From: Chloroflexota bacterium
GTDB lineage: Bacteria > Chloroflexota > Anaerolineae > Promineifilales > Promineifilaceae
Direction: 5' to 3'
Assembly: GCA_048620455.1 (NCBI GenBank)
Contig: JBMCFH010000002.1
Span: 513 to 64,512, forward strand
DNA length: 64,000 bases
Positions 26,859 to 36,055 of this stretch are shown piece after piece (position 1 is the stretch's first letter; every line of letters starts with the position of its first letter). Position numbers and translations under genes: made by a program. Under the pieces are notes generated by a model. The model worked only from the letters and a program-made list of their open reading frames with translations. It did no database searches and had not been told where the DNA came from.

Positions 26859-27623
26859 ATGCTACCCACCATCGACATCGGCCCGCTCGTCATCCCTACC
26901 GCCGGTCTGGTATACATCCTCGGCATCTGGCTTGCACTCTCCGTCGTGGAGAAGGCAGCGGCTGCGTTGCGCCTGCACGTGGCAGCCACTTATACCGTAG
27001 GCGTTGCAGCGCTGGCTGGCGGATTTATCGCGGCCCGTGTCGTTTTCGTCGTTACCCACTGGAGCGCATACGCCGACAACCTTCTGGGCATCATCTGGCC
27101 CCTCACTTCAGGCTTCAATTTCGGCGCAGGCCTGCTGGTTGGTATCGCAGCCGGATTCTTCTACGCCAGGGCGCGCCGGCTACCGGCCGGCGACACCCTG
27201 GATGCTCTCGCCCCAGGCATCCTGGTCGGTCTTGCCATGGTCAGCCTGGCCGACTTTCTGGCCGGCCCGGGATACGGGAAGGAGGCTGATCTGCTCTGGA
27301 GCATCGACCTTTTTGACATTCGGCGTCATCCGGTTCAGATCTATGAGATAGTGGTCGCCGCGCTGGCCCTGTTAGGCTGGCATCTACAACGGTCCCGTCG
27401 CGAGTACGCGGGCCAGCTCTTTTTGCTTGCCGCCGCCATCTACAGTGCAGGGCGACTGTTTGTAGACGCCTTCCGAGCAAATGCCTGGCTGACCGCGGGC
27501 GGCTATCACGTTTTGCAGATCATCCTGTTCATACTCTTCATGGCCTGCCTCTTCCTGTTGGGTTACTTTGCGCGGCAGAATGCTCCGGCCCAGGCAGAAG
27601 TCGAGGCAGCCTCGCAAGGCTGA
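26859..27623 (+). CDS. Lgt-family (prolipoprotein diacylglyceryl transferase-like) membrane protein, divergent paralogue
   Basis: RRHPVQIYEIVVA matches the HPxQxYE motif and GRLFVDAFR matches the distal Lgt motif. The position of the GRxGNFxNxE signature reads SLADFLAGPGYG, so the Arg and Asn are missing. The gene starts 2 nt after the TlpA-like stop. Confidence 0.6.
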   Translation: MLPTIDIGPLVIPTAGLVYILGIWLALSVVEKAAAALRLHVAATYTVGVAALAGGFIAARVVFVVTHWSAYADNLLGIIWPLTSGFNFGAGLLVGIAAGFFYARARRLPAGDTLDALAPGILVGLAMVSLADFLAGPGYGKEADLLWSIDLFDIRRHPVQIYEIVVAALALLGWHLQRSRREYAGQLFLLAAAIYSAGRLFVDAFRANAWLTAGGYHVLQIILFILFMACLFLLGYFARQNAPAQAEVEAASQG

Positions 27624-27762
27624 TGGCTGTTTCCGTCACCCTCTTGCCAGTGCCGGCGGTCACTTATTTCATCCCATCTCTGTTCCCCGTTTACCTTGCC
27701 AAGCTACTCTGAAACGGGTACCATGCAGGCCGAATTAACCCTGGCAGCGAGGGATACAAGAG

Positions 27763-28449
27763 ATGTTTGAAGTAAACGGTACCTACGCCAATCGCAAAGG
27801 GAAGTACACCGTTCTATCTGTCGAACCACCAAGAATGACCGTGCGTTATGAGGATGGCTCGACGGCTGAGCTGAACATGGCCATTCAGGAACGCATCTGG
27901 GAGAACATCCAGAGTGAGGAAGAAGCCCGCGCCGCCAGCCGCCGAGCGCGAGAACGGCGTGGAAACCAGGACACACGCTACTTCATTAAGTCGATCAGCA
28001 TGATCGCCGAGGAAGACCTTTCAGTCCCAGGGTGGCGAGAGCGCGTGATTGTGGTCGGTGCAGATGGACCCAACTTACGTGCAGGCGATCGCATACTATT
28101 CTATGCGGTAGAGGATCACGTTTTCTTCGCCGTGGCAACCGTCACGGGTCCGCCGTCGGACACCGTGCCCAAAGGCTTCTTTTACTCAGAGGACGAGGCC
28201 GGGCAGTTACGCTTCTATCCCATCGACCTGGACGAGCACACTTACAATCTGGATCAGGCAGTAGAGTTGGATCAAGCGGAGCTGGAAAGCGTTCCGAATC
28301 ACAGAAAGCAGTTGCAAAAGGCCAATGTCTTTTTGCAGGTTGACGAAGACGATTTTGAGCTGATCGCCGAACTGCTTACAGAAATCACCGAGGAAGAAGA
28401 CGAAGATTTCGAAGACGAAGAAGAGGAGGAAGAGGATTACGACGAATAA
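27763..28449 (+). CDS. hypothetical protein with poly-acidic C-terminus (possible PUA/EVE-like core)
   Basis: This is a 228-aa ORF. The central GDRILFYAVEDHVFFAVATVTGPP loosely resembles an EVE/PUA-like strand pair, by eye only. The tail is EITEEEDEDFEDEEEEEEDYDE. Confidence 0.5.
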   Translation: MFEVNGTYANRKGKYTVLSVEPPRMTVRYEDGSTAELNMAIQERIWENIQSEEEARAASRRARERRGNQDTRYFIKSISMIAEEDLSVPGWRERVIVVGADGPNLRAGDRILFYAVEDHVFFAVATVTGPPSDTVPKGFFYSEDEAGQLRFYPIDLDEHTYNLDQAVELDQAELESVPNHRKQLQKANVFLQVDEDDFELIAELLTEITEEEDEDFEDEEEEEEDYDE

Positions 28450-30235
28450 CACGAGCAACGCCGAGCACATCCTGGTCTGTGTGGCCTGGCCCTACGCCAG
28501 CGCTGATATACACCAGGGCAACGTCACCGGGTCCTATCTGCCCGCAGACATCTATGCGCGCTTTCATCGATTGCGCGGCAACAACGTTCTCATGGTGTCC
28601 GGTTCAGACAGCCACGGCACGCCGGTCACGGTGAAAGCCGACGAAGAAGGCAAATCACCGCAAGAGATCTTTAACCACTATCACCAGAGCTTCCTTAGCG
28701 TTTTCCAGTCACTGGGACTCAGCTACGATCTCTTCACGCACACGGATACTGAAAACCACAGGCAGGTATCGCAGGATATCTTTCTGTCCCTGCTAGAAAA
28801 CGGCTACCTGTACCGGCAGGTGACGGAGCAAATGTATTCGCCGGCCTCGGATCGTTTTCTGCCCGACCGCTACGTCGAAGGCACCTGTCCCAACTGTGGC
28901 TACACACGGGCCCGCGGCGACCAGTGCGACAATTGCAACACGCTCTTTGAAAGCGCCGCGGAACTAATCGAGCCGCACAGCAAGCTGGACGATAGCGCCC
29001 TGGAACTGCGCGAGACAGAGCATTTCTTCCTCGATCTGCCAAAGTTGGCCGAGGATGGCCTGGCAGAGTGGATCAAGAATGACAAAGAGCACTGGCGACC
29101 GCAGGTAATCAACTTCGCCAGGAACCTGATACTGAACGAAGGTTTGCAGGGCCGCGCCGTGACCCGCGACCTGGACTGGGGTATTTCGGTGCCGGTGCCA
29201 GGCTTTGAGGAGAAGGTGCTTTATGTTTGGTTCGAGGCCGTCATCGGCTATCTGTCGGCGGCTATCGAATGGGCAAAAAATCAGGGCACGCCGGAAGCGT
29301 GGAAAGCATGGTGGTACGAGGATGATGCGCGCACCGTTTATTTCATCGGCAAGGATAACATTCCCTTCCACGCTGTGATCTGGCCCGCACAGCTTCTCGG
29401 CGTGCGCCGACTCTACGAAACAGATGAAGATAAGCGGCTTAATCTGCCCTACGACGTGCCGGCTAACGAGTTCATGAACATGGAAGGGCGTAAGATTAGC
29501 GGCAGCCAGCACTGGGGTGTGTGGATGGTGGATGCCATGGAACGGCATGACCCCGATCCCATGCGCTACTACCTCACCGTCACCATGCCCGAGACTCGCG
29601 ACAGCGACTGGAGCTGGGAGGGGTACGTACAGCGCAACAACAACGAGTTGGTGGCGAACTGGGGCAACCTCGTCCACCGCGTGCTGAACATGACCCGGCG
29701 CTACTTCGACGGTGTGGTACCCGATCCAGGCGCGCTTCGCGAACAGGATGAGGCTCTCTTGCAAACCATCGACGAGGGATTTGCCACCGTCGGCGAGCTG
29801 TTCGACAGTTGCAAGTTCCGTGCGGCGACGGCTGAGGTCTTGAGCCTGGCAACAAAGGTTAATCAGTATCTGGAAGAAATGAGTCCCTGGAAGACGTCCA
29901 AGACGGACCGACAGGCAACGGCGCAGACGTTGTACACAGCATTGCAGGCCATCAACGGGCTCAAGATACTATTCGCGCCGGTGTTGCCCTTCACCGGCCA
30001 ACGTCTGCACGAACTGTTGGGGGAGGAAGGACAACTGTTCGGCGAGCAAAAGGTCAGGGCTTTTGAAGAAGGAAGCAGAAGCCACGTTGCCCTGACATAC
30101 GATCCTGAGCCGGCGGTGGGATCCTGGGAGCGCCTGGAAATTCCGGTTGGACGCTCACTAGAGAAACCGAAACCGCTTTTCAAAAAACTGGAAGAGAGCC
30201 TGGCTGAAGAGGAACTGGCGCGGCTGGGCCAGTAA
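28436..30235 (+). CDS. metG: methionine--tRNA ligase (start uncertain: ATT 28436 proposed, track start GTG 28481)
   Basis: AWPYASADIHQGN is an HLGN-type HIGH motif. Other MetRS features are MVSGSDSHGTP, the zinc knuckle CPNCGYTRARGDQCDNC, the KMSKS-equivalent KISGSQ, and an anticodon-binding helical C-terminus. In-frame codons upstream of 28481 encode the expected first beta-strand (HILVCV). Confidence 0.85.
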   Translation: MTTNNTSNAEHILVCVAWPYASADIHQGNVTGSYLPADIYARFHRLRGNNVLMVSGSDSHGTPVTVKADEEGKSPQEIFNHYHQSFLSVFQSLGLSYDLFTHTDTENHRQVSQDIFLSLLENGYLYRQVTEQMYSPASDRFLPDRYVEGTCPNCGYTRARGDQCDNCNTLFESAAELIEPHSKLDDSALELRETEHFFLDLPKLAEDGLAEWIKNDKEHWRPQVINFARNLILNEGLQGRAVTRDLDWGISVPVPGFEEKVLYVWFEAVIGYLSAAIEWAKNQGTPEAWKAWWYEDDARTVYFIGKDNIPFHAVIWPAQLLGVRRLYETDEDKRLNLPYDVPANEFMNMEGRKISGSQHWGVWMVDAMERHDPDPMRYYLTVTMPETRDSDWSWEGYVQRNNNELVANWGNLVHRVLNMTRRYFDGVVPDPGALREQDEALLQTIDEGFATVGELFDSCKFRAATAEVLSLATKVNQYLEEMSPWKTSKTDRQATAQTLYTALQAINGLKILFAPVLPFTGQRLHELLGEEGQLFGEQKVRAFEEGSRSHVALTYDPEPAVGSWERLEIPVGRSLEKPKPLFKKLEESLAEEELARLGQ

Positions 30236-30248
30236 AGGAGTACGTGGC

Positions 30249-30887
30249 ATGGTATACACCGACGACCAACTGAGCCGCTATCTGGATAACCTGGTCCCCA
30301 AACGCCCTGACGAGTTACGGGAAATGGAGGCGTACGCCGAGGAACATGGCTTTCCCATTATCGGGCCTGCCGCCGGTTATTACTGTTACCTCACTGCGCG
30401 CATGATCGGCGCCCGGCATATTTTCGAGCTGGGGTCGGGATACGGCTACTCTACCGCCTGGTTCGCCAGGGCCGTCCACGAAAATGGTGGCGGAGAGGTG
30501 CACCACGTGGTGTGGGACGAACAGCTGTCACGCCGCGCGCGAAAGCATCTTGAGGCATTAGGCTACGGTGACCTGGTCCGCTACCATGTGAGTGAGGCGG
30601 TACAAACACTCCGCGAGACAGACGGGCCTTTCGACCTGATATTCAATGACATCAACAAGGATGCGTATCCCGCCTCGTTGACTGTCATCGAGGAGAAGCT
30701 ACGTCCCGGGGGCGTGCTGATTATCGACAACATGCTCTGGAGTGGGCGCGTTTTGGACGATGATAACCAGGAGGAATCGACACAAGCGATCCGCGAGGCA
30801 ACCTCTCACGTGGTCAATAGCGACCGTTGGTTGGGCTCGCTCGTTCCCATCCGCGACGGCCTACTCGTCGCCTATCTGAGACATTGA
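30249..30887 (+). CDS. class I SAM-dependent O-methyltransferase (caffeoyl-CoA OMT-like)
   Basis: The SAM-binding motif I is HIFELGSGYGYST. DLIFNDINKDAYP and GGVLIIDNMLWSG are typical of the Methyltransf_3/24 OMT family. Confidence 0.75.
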   Translation: MVYTDDQLSRYLDNLVPKRPDELREMEAYAEEHGFPIIGPAAGYYCYLTARMIGARHIFELGSGYGYSTAWFARAVHENGGGEVHHVVWDEQLSRRARKHLEALGYGDLVRYHVSEAVQTLRETDGPFDLIFNDINKDAYPASLTVIEEKLRPGGVLIIDNMLWSGRVLDDDNQEESTQAIREATSHVVNSDRWLGSLVPIRDGLLVAYLRH

Positions 30888-30891
30888 CCGG

Positions 30892-32253
30892 GTGGCAAGC
30901 CGTCCCCCATGGCATCAACGGAAAATGCGCCAGTACTCACCGTTGCTTCTTCTCCTCACCGCCTATCTATTCGTAGGCAGCCTCTATGCAATCTATACGC
31001 CGCCCTGGCAGGCGCCTGACGAACCGGCCCACTATAATTACATTCGCCAACTGAGCGGCGGTCGACTGCCGGTAATCGAGCCGGACGACTACGACGAGGC
31101 ATACCGGCGTGAAATCGTCTCCGCACGATTCGACCCCGCGTACTCCATAGACCCCCTTACTTATGAAGACTGGCAACCCCCACTATACTATTTACTCCTG
31201 ACGCCCATCTACCTGTTGTTCTCCGGCCTGTTGCTGCCGCTGCGATTGACAAATGTCGTGCTGGGAGCCGGCGTCGTGGGCCTGACCTATGTCGTCTCCC
31301 GGCAAGTATGGCCAAGGAAACAGTGGCCCGCGCTGCTGGCGGCGTCTTTCGTCGCCTTTCTACCCCAGCATGTAGCCATGCTCGCTGCGGTAAATAACGA
31401 CAGCCTGGCGGAGCTTCTCATTGGCGTCCTTCTGGCCCTGCTCCTCCATCAGAGCGCGCGTCCAGATACATCGCACCGCCGCTGGCTGCTCATTGGTCTC
31501 GTGCTCGGCCTGGGCTTCCTCGCCAAGGCGACCGTTTACATCATGGCGCCTGTCATCGCCCTGGCGATTTTCTTGCTCTACCGGCGCGACCGGGCCCTTA
31601 TGCTGCGCATCGGCGCCCTCACTTTTGTGCCCGCTTTCCTCCTTGGTTTGCCCTGGTGGCTACGAAATTTGTTTCTCTATCCGGGCCTAGATCCAATGGC
31701 CACTGCCGCCCACGATCGCGCCGTCGTGGGCCAGGTACGAACCGCAGAGTGGGTGAGCCAGTTCGGGCTAATAGAAACAGTTATGCGCCTGTTGCGCACC
31801 ACGTTTCAGAGCTTCTGGGGCCAGTTCGGCTGGATGGGTGTGGTCATGGACGGTCGCATCTACTTGCTGCTCTTCATTTTCACGATCGTCGTTCTGCTGG
31901 GACTACTATGGGCCACTGTGCGGGTGGTTAGACCTGGGCACCATCCAGCAGCGAACAGGAATCGTCTGCTCCCTGCCGTAATCCTCGTTGTTACTTTCTT
32001 GCTCAGCCTGGGCGTGTTTATCGGCTACAATATCACCTTTGTGCAACATCAGGGGCGCTATTTATTCCCGGCTCTGATTCCCATCGCTGCCGGAGTCACG
32101 TTGGGCCTTAAGAGCTGGCTGGCGCCGTTGCTGGAGCGCGCTCGCAATCTGCCGCTCGCCGGCGCCGTCGTGTTCCTGTTCGCTGTCGCCTTTCTGGCGC
32201 TAGATTTATGGGCCCTATTCCGCTTCATCGTGCCCCAGCTCACCCTCCCCTGA
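30892..32253 (+). CDS. GT-C fold membrane glycosyltransferase (ArnT/PMT-like)
   Basis: The protein has about 11 TM helices. The first extracytoplasmic loop carries the acidic motif PPWQAPDEPAHYNYIRQL (the DE motif of GT39/GT83-type enzymes). The start could be GTG 30892 or the internal ATG at 30925. Confidence 0.6.
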   Translation: MASRPPWHQRKMRQYSPLLLLLTAYLFVGSLYAIYTPPWQAPDEPAHYNYIRQLSGGRLPVIEPDDYDEAYRREIVSARFDPAYSIDPLTYEDWQPPLYYLLLTPIYLLFSGLLLPLRLTNVVLGAGVVGLTYVVSRQVWPRKQWPALLAASFVAFLPQHVAMLAAVNNDSLAELLIGVLLALLLHQSARPDTSHRRWLLIGLVLGLGFLAKATVYIMAPVIALAIFLLYRRDRALMLRIGALTFVPAFLLGLPWWLRNLFLYPGLDPMATAAHDRAVVGQVRTAEWVSQFGLIETVMRLLRTTFQSFWGQFGWMGVVMDGRIYLLLFIFTIVVLLGLLWATVRVVRPGHHPAANRNRLLPAVILVVTFLLSLGVFIGYNITFVQHQGRYLFPALIPIAAGVTLGLKSWLAPLLERARNLPLAGAVVFLFAVAFLALDLWALFRFIVPQLTLP

Positions 32254-32277
32254 CCACCAACTAAGGAGCGCTCACAG

Positions 32278-32514
32278 ATGGAATCAATCGCCGTAGATTG
32301 TGTTATAGAAGAAGACGGAAGCGTTCGAGTTCGACGCATCAGGCGCAACAGTGTCTGGGAAGCCGTGGAACAGGGACGCCAGTGGCAGGACGAAGATGGG
32401 CGACACGTACTGCTCATGTTACAGGGAACGTCCGTGCGCGAAGCCGTATTGTCCTCCGCTGATTTACGCTGGCGACTGAAGGAGGGACATGGCCCGCGGC
32501 GTCAAATCGTCTGA
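32278..32514 (+). CDS. small hypothetical protein
   Basis: This is a 78-aa ORF with AAGGAG 7-8 nt upstream of the ATG. I recognise no family. Confidence 0.4.
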   Translation: MESIAVDCVIEEDGSVRVRRIRRNSVWEAVEQGRQWQDEDGRHVLLMLQGTSVREAVLSSADLRWRLKEGHGPRRQIV

Positions 32515-32528
32515 CCGCGGCTTCCCGG

Positions 32529-33326
32529 TCAGGACGATAGAGACGCCAGCTTTCGATATTTGAGCCACTCGTAATAAGCCATATAAAGAGACAGCCGCAG
32601 ACCGTGCAACCCGTCGCGGTAGCCCTTTAGCGACACGAAACGCCACCAGAAGTGCCGTAGAGGCTGGGTCAACGGCGTATAGAATTTGGGTTGGATGCCC
32701 TGCTCCCGCAAAATCCGCGCGTCATACTCCGTATACTGTCGCTGCTTCTGATGGAAATGGGCTTCATCACGGTAGTTGTAATGGCGCAATACACTCTGCA
32801 GATAACCAACCTGACCGTCGACGACAGCCACTTCATGCACCGGTCTCTCGTACCGCACACAGCCATGGCGAAACAGGCGAAGCTGGTAATCGGGATACCA
32901 GCCGGCTCCCAGCGTCAGACGACCGAAAATATAGTTGTGACGCGGCACGTACCAGCCCGCCTCAGGACGTTCCGCCATCACCTGGCGAATTTCCCGACCC
33001 AGTTCTGACGTTCCGCGCTCGTCTGCATCCACAAAGAGCACCCAATCCGTCTCCACCGCATCCAGCGCCGCGTTGCGTTGCTGAGCATAATTTTGAAAGC
33101 GTGACTGGCTCACGTCGGCGCCCGCAGCCCTGGCACGTTCAATCGTATCATCATCACTATACGAATCGAACACGAGGACGCGATCGGCCCAGCTCAGCGA
33201 TGCAACGCACTCGCCAATGTGATCGGCTTCATTAAGCGTGAGGATGATGGCCGTCAGTTTCTGCGGCTCGGCGGTTATCCGTCGCCCGCTGCCCGCATCG
33301 GCAGGCGCTGTTTCAGGCACTCGCAC
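32529..33326 (-). CDS. family 2 glycosyltransferase
   Basis: LTAIILTLNEADHIGECVASL...VFDSYSDDDT...LFVDADE shows GT-A fold features including the DxD. The track ORF extends to 33407 and would overlap the upstream gene by 74 nt. GTG 33326 (or 33320), just after the upstream stop, is the likelier start. Confidence 0.8.
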   Translation of the reverse strand: MRVPETAPADAGSGRRITAEPQKLTAIILTLNEADHIGECVASLSWADRVLVFDSYSDDDTIERARAAGADVSQSRFQNYAQQRNAALDAVETDWVLFVDADERGTSELGREIRQVMAERPEAGWYVPRHNYIFGRLTLGAGWYPDYQLRLFRHGCVRYERPVHEVAVVDGQVGYLQSVLRHYNYRDEAHFHQKQRQYTEYDARILREQGIQPKFYTPLTQPLRHFWWRFVSLKGYRDGLHGLRLSLYMAYYEWLKYRKLASLSS

Positions 33327-33333
33327 CCCATCC

Positions 33334-34296
33334 CTAACTTGTGACAACCTCGCCCTGCTGCGGCTGCAGCATGGCTTCCGGCGCCCACTGCGCAGCAGCT
33401 TTCTCATACGCCTCGCGCAAGGCCGGTTTCTGGGCGCCGGCAGCCTTGCGCATCAGCCCCATGCGAGCCACGCGACGCGAAATAGCCAGCGTCACCCGAT
33501 CATGGTGTTTGCGATACAGTTGGGCCCGGCTGCTCCATAGGTTCACAATCGAGCGCGCCGGCACCTGCCTTGTGCTCTCCCCGCCATAATGCACTATCTC
33601 CGCCGCAGGCACTGTATATATGGCCCAGTCGGCCTTATGGATTCGCCAGCACCAGTCAATTTCCTCGCAGTACATATGGAACGACTCGTCAAAGCCGCTC
33701 GTCTTTTCGGCGACGTCGCGCCGCACCATCATAGCCGCGCCCAGCGGATGATCGACGCGGAATGGCTCCCCGTCGGGCCGATATAGGCGCCGCGGGTAGC
33801 GCCCGTTGAGGCGACTGTCGTACAGCCGTGCCGAGATGGGCCACAGGTCGAAGACAAGCTGCGCTACGCCCGGAAAAGCAAACGCGCTGTGTTGAAAGCG
33901 CCCGTCGCGGTATACGAGGCGCGCACCGGCCATCCCCGCCTCCGGATGAGTGTCCAAAAAGTCGATCATACGGCGCATGGCGCCGGGGCGCACAAGGGTA
34001 TCCGGGTTCAGCAGAAACAGATAGCGTGGTGAGCGCTCCGCCGCGGCTATCATCCCCTGATTATTCGCTGCCCCAAACCCGGCATTATGCTGGTTGGCAA
34101 TGACCTGTGTCGCCGGAAATAGATTCTCCAGAATGGCCAGCGTGCCATCCGTGGAGCCATTGTCCACCACCCAGATCTCACCCCTCAGCCGTGACCGGTT
34201 CAATTCAGAATACACCGACGACAGGCATTCGGACAGATAGTCGCGGACGTTCCAACTAACAATGATGACGGCTAGATCGAGCATATCAATATTCAA
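33334..34296 (-). CDS. family 2 glycosyltransferase (rhamnosyltransferase-like)
   Basis: LAVIIVSWNVRDYLSECLSSV...VVDNGSTDGT...NAGFGAANNQG...LLNPDT matches the typical GT2 RfbF/WbbL-like pattern. Confidence 0.8.
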   Translation of the reverse strand: MNIDMLDLAVIIVSWNVRDYLSECLSSVYSELNRSRLRGEIWVVDNGSTDGTLAILENLFPATQVIANQHNAGFGAANNQGMIAAAERSPRYLFLLNPDTLVRPGAMRRMIDFLDTHPEAGMAGARLVYRDGRFQHSAFAFPGVAQLVFDLWPISARLYDSRLNGRYPRRLYRPDGEPFRVDHPLGAAMMVRRDVAEKTSGFDESFHMYCEEIDWCWRIHKADWAIYTVPAAEIVHYGGESTRQVPARSIVNLWSSRAQLYRKHHDRVTLAISRRVARMGLMRKAAGAQKPALREAYEKAAAQWAPEAMLQPQQGEVVTS

Positions 34297-34533
34297 CTTG
34301 GCAGGAGACCTGCCCTACTTATACCAGATACAGATAATCAGTCGAGACGGGTAAGCGTCTCGCCTTCGTCTCGTCCCGCATGAAAAAGAAGTATACCAGT
34401 TCTAAACAAATGCCAGTTAAGGACGGCATTAGAGGGATCTGAAGAAATAATCCGCCGCAATAATTGCATACCGGTAAATACCAACTTGTTTTGCCGTAGA
34501 GAACCCCCGGTACAAACCAGAATGCGAGCAGAC

Positions 34534-35970
34534 TTAATCGGAAGCTTCATCCTGATCCGGGCGCTGCGGAATGTCGCGTTCTTCACAATCGGACTGGTTT
34601 TCCGCATCCGGCATGTCCACGAGAATCTCCTGAGGATCGACACGATTGTTAAACTCTGAGATCTCGACATCTTCGTGAATAAGACCGGCCCACATCGGTT
34701 GCGGGTTGCGTACACCAAAGCGATCCATAACTCGAATACCGCCGCGAATCACCACGCGCTGATCGGGCATAAGATAGTAATTACCATCGATCAGTTCAAG
34801 GTCGGCGGGATCACCCAGGCCCCAACGGTAAGGATAATCACTCAGAGCATTCTCGAACCCGATGCCCAGACGCCAGGCACCCGACTCGGTGGGCCACCCC
34901 ACCGTATTGTAATTCCAGGTCGAGTCATAGACTGTGCCAGACCAGGGCCCCACCGTGCGGATCGGCGTCGTTCCGTAATTCTCAACTGTGACCGAGAAAT
35001 ACAGCGTGTCACAGAGTTGCACAGCCGTCGAATCGTAGCGCACGGTATCGCCCGTCACCGGCGACACAATCTTGGCATAGGGCACACCACCCAGGGCGAT
35101 GGTTAATTGATCTTCAACCCGTACTCGTTGCCCCTCAGCATCCTCGGCCACGGCGACCACGGGATATGTGCCGTCGGGCGGAGGCTCGGTCCCCTCATCA
35201 ACGCCACCGGTATACTCAAACGTGTGCCGGCCGCCTTCACGTTCCGGCACCTCCAACGGCGTCTCCGGAATAGGTCTTTCGCGCCCATCCGGCATCAGCA
35301 GAAACACGCGCAGGCGTTCCACCGGTTTGGCCAGGTCAAAGTTAATATTGACCCGATCTGCAATACCGTCACGGTTGGGCGTGAACTCATGCCGGTCCAT
35401 GCTAAACCCGCGAATGTCGGGCAGGACGGCGTCGGCGTCGACAATGGTGATCTGGCCTTCGACTTGCTCTTGAACACCACGCTCATCTGTGGCTTCGATT
35501 ACCCAGCGATACACGCCATTCTGCAACAGGCGTGATATAATCTCTCCATCAAACATTTCGTCAGGCAGACGATAGCCCGCAACGACCCCGCTGAAGTACA
35601 CTTCATACTGGCCCGCACCTCGCGCTTCTTCACGGCGGAAGTAATAGCGCTCCCCGGCGTCATCTTCGAAGTAGATTGAGACAGTCCCATTGCGCGCCAA
35701 CGTGTACTCAATGAGTGTAATATCATTCTCTCCATCGGCGTTGGGGCTGATACGGTCATCCGCAAACGTTGCCCGGGGCAGCAAGCGACCATCGCCGCGC
35801 ACGACGCGCCAGCCAACGACAATGGAAACGGCAACGACCAGGAGCGAAACAACAATTACCAGTAAACGATAAGAACCCTTCCCGAGCATGGGTACTAGTT
35901 TACCAAAGGGACAGGGGGAGGGCGAGTGTCGATCAGTCCATGACCAACCTCCTCTTCCCATATTAGCCAA
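34534..35970 (-). CDS. membrane-anchored extracytoplasmic protein with at least two FlgD-Ig-like motif-bearing domains
   Basis: There is an N-terminal TM (YRLLVIVVSLLVVAVSIVVGW). Two copies of the xSPNxDGxxD strand motif occur (ISPNADGENDITLIEYTL; FTPNRDGIADRVNINFDL), which is characteristic of FlgD-Ig/CHU_C-type beta-sandwich domains. The start is ambiguous (TTG 35970, ATG 35961 or ATG 35889). Confidence 0.6.
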   Translation of the reverse strand: MANMGRGGWSWTDRHSPSPCPFGKLVPMLGKGSYRLLVIVVSLLVVAVSIVVGWRVVRGDGRLLPRATFADDRISPNADGENDITLIEYTLARNGTVSIYFEDDAGERYYFRREEARGAGQYEVYFSGVVAGYRLPDEMFDGEIISRLLQNGVYRWVIEATDERGVQEQVEGQITIVDADAVLPDIRGFSMDRHEFTPNRDGIADRVNINFDLAKPVERLRVFLLMPDGRERPIPETPLEVPEREGGRHTFEYTGGVDEGTEPPPDGTYPVVAVAEDAEGQRVRVEDQLTIALGGVPYAKIVSPVTGDTVRYDSTAVQLCDTLYFSVTVENYGTTPIRTVGPWSGTVYDSTWNYNTVGWPTESGAWRLGIGFENALSDYPYRWGLGDPADLELIDGNYYLMPDQRVVIRGGIRVMDRFGVRNPQPMWAGLIHEDVEISEFNNRVDPQEILVDMPDAENQSDCEERDIPQRPDQDEASD

Positions 35971-35992
35971 CTACTCATATAGTTGTGGCAGG

Positions 35993-36021
35993 TTGCCCAC
36001 CAGACACCCTGATGTTAAAAT
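35993..36021 (+). promoter_or_regulatory. sigma70-type promoter candidate for psd-pssA-DUF374 operon
   Basis: TTGCCC (35993-35998), a 17-nt spacer, then TAAAAT (36016-36021), about 35 nt upstream of ATG 36056. Confidence 0.45.
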
Positions 36022-36055
36022 GCCGCGTCGCAACCACCACGGGACAGATTGAAAT

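Noticed and set aside
28964-29764. 266-aa minus-strand ORF inside metG
   Set aside because: The plus strand encodes MetRS motifs throughout this interval. The antisense product has no recognisable features.
28481-30235. MetRS catalytic motifs look degenerate (HQGN instead of HIGH; KISGS instead of KMSKS), which could indicate a pseudo-enzyme
   Set aside because: One well-known MetRS subclass, which includes eukaryotic cytosolic and some bacterial enzymes, naturally uses an HLGN-type first motif and KFSKS-like variants. HQGN is one substitution away from HLGN, and the zinc knuckle and the rest of the core are intact. No second metG is visible to suggest redundancy. I kept only the start-codon issue as a finding.
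34338-34718. 126-aa minus-strand ORF spanning the low-GC gap and the 3' end of the FlgD-Ig-like gene
   Set aside because: It overlaps the end of a better-supported gene in another frame, has odd composition and has no SD. The interval 34297-34533 is more likely non-coding.
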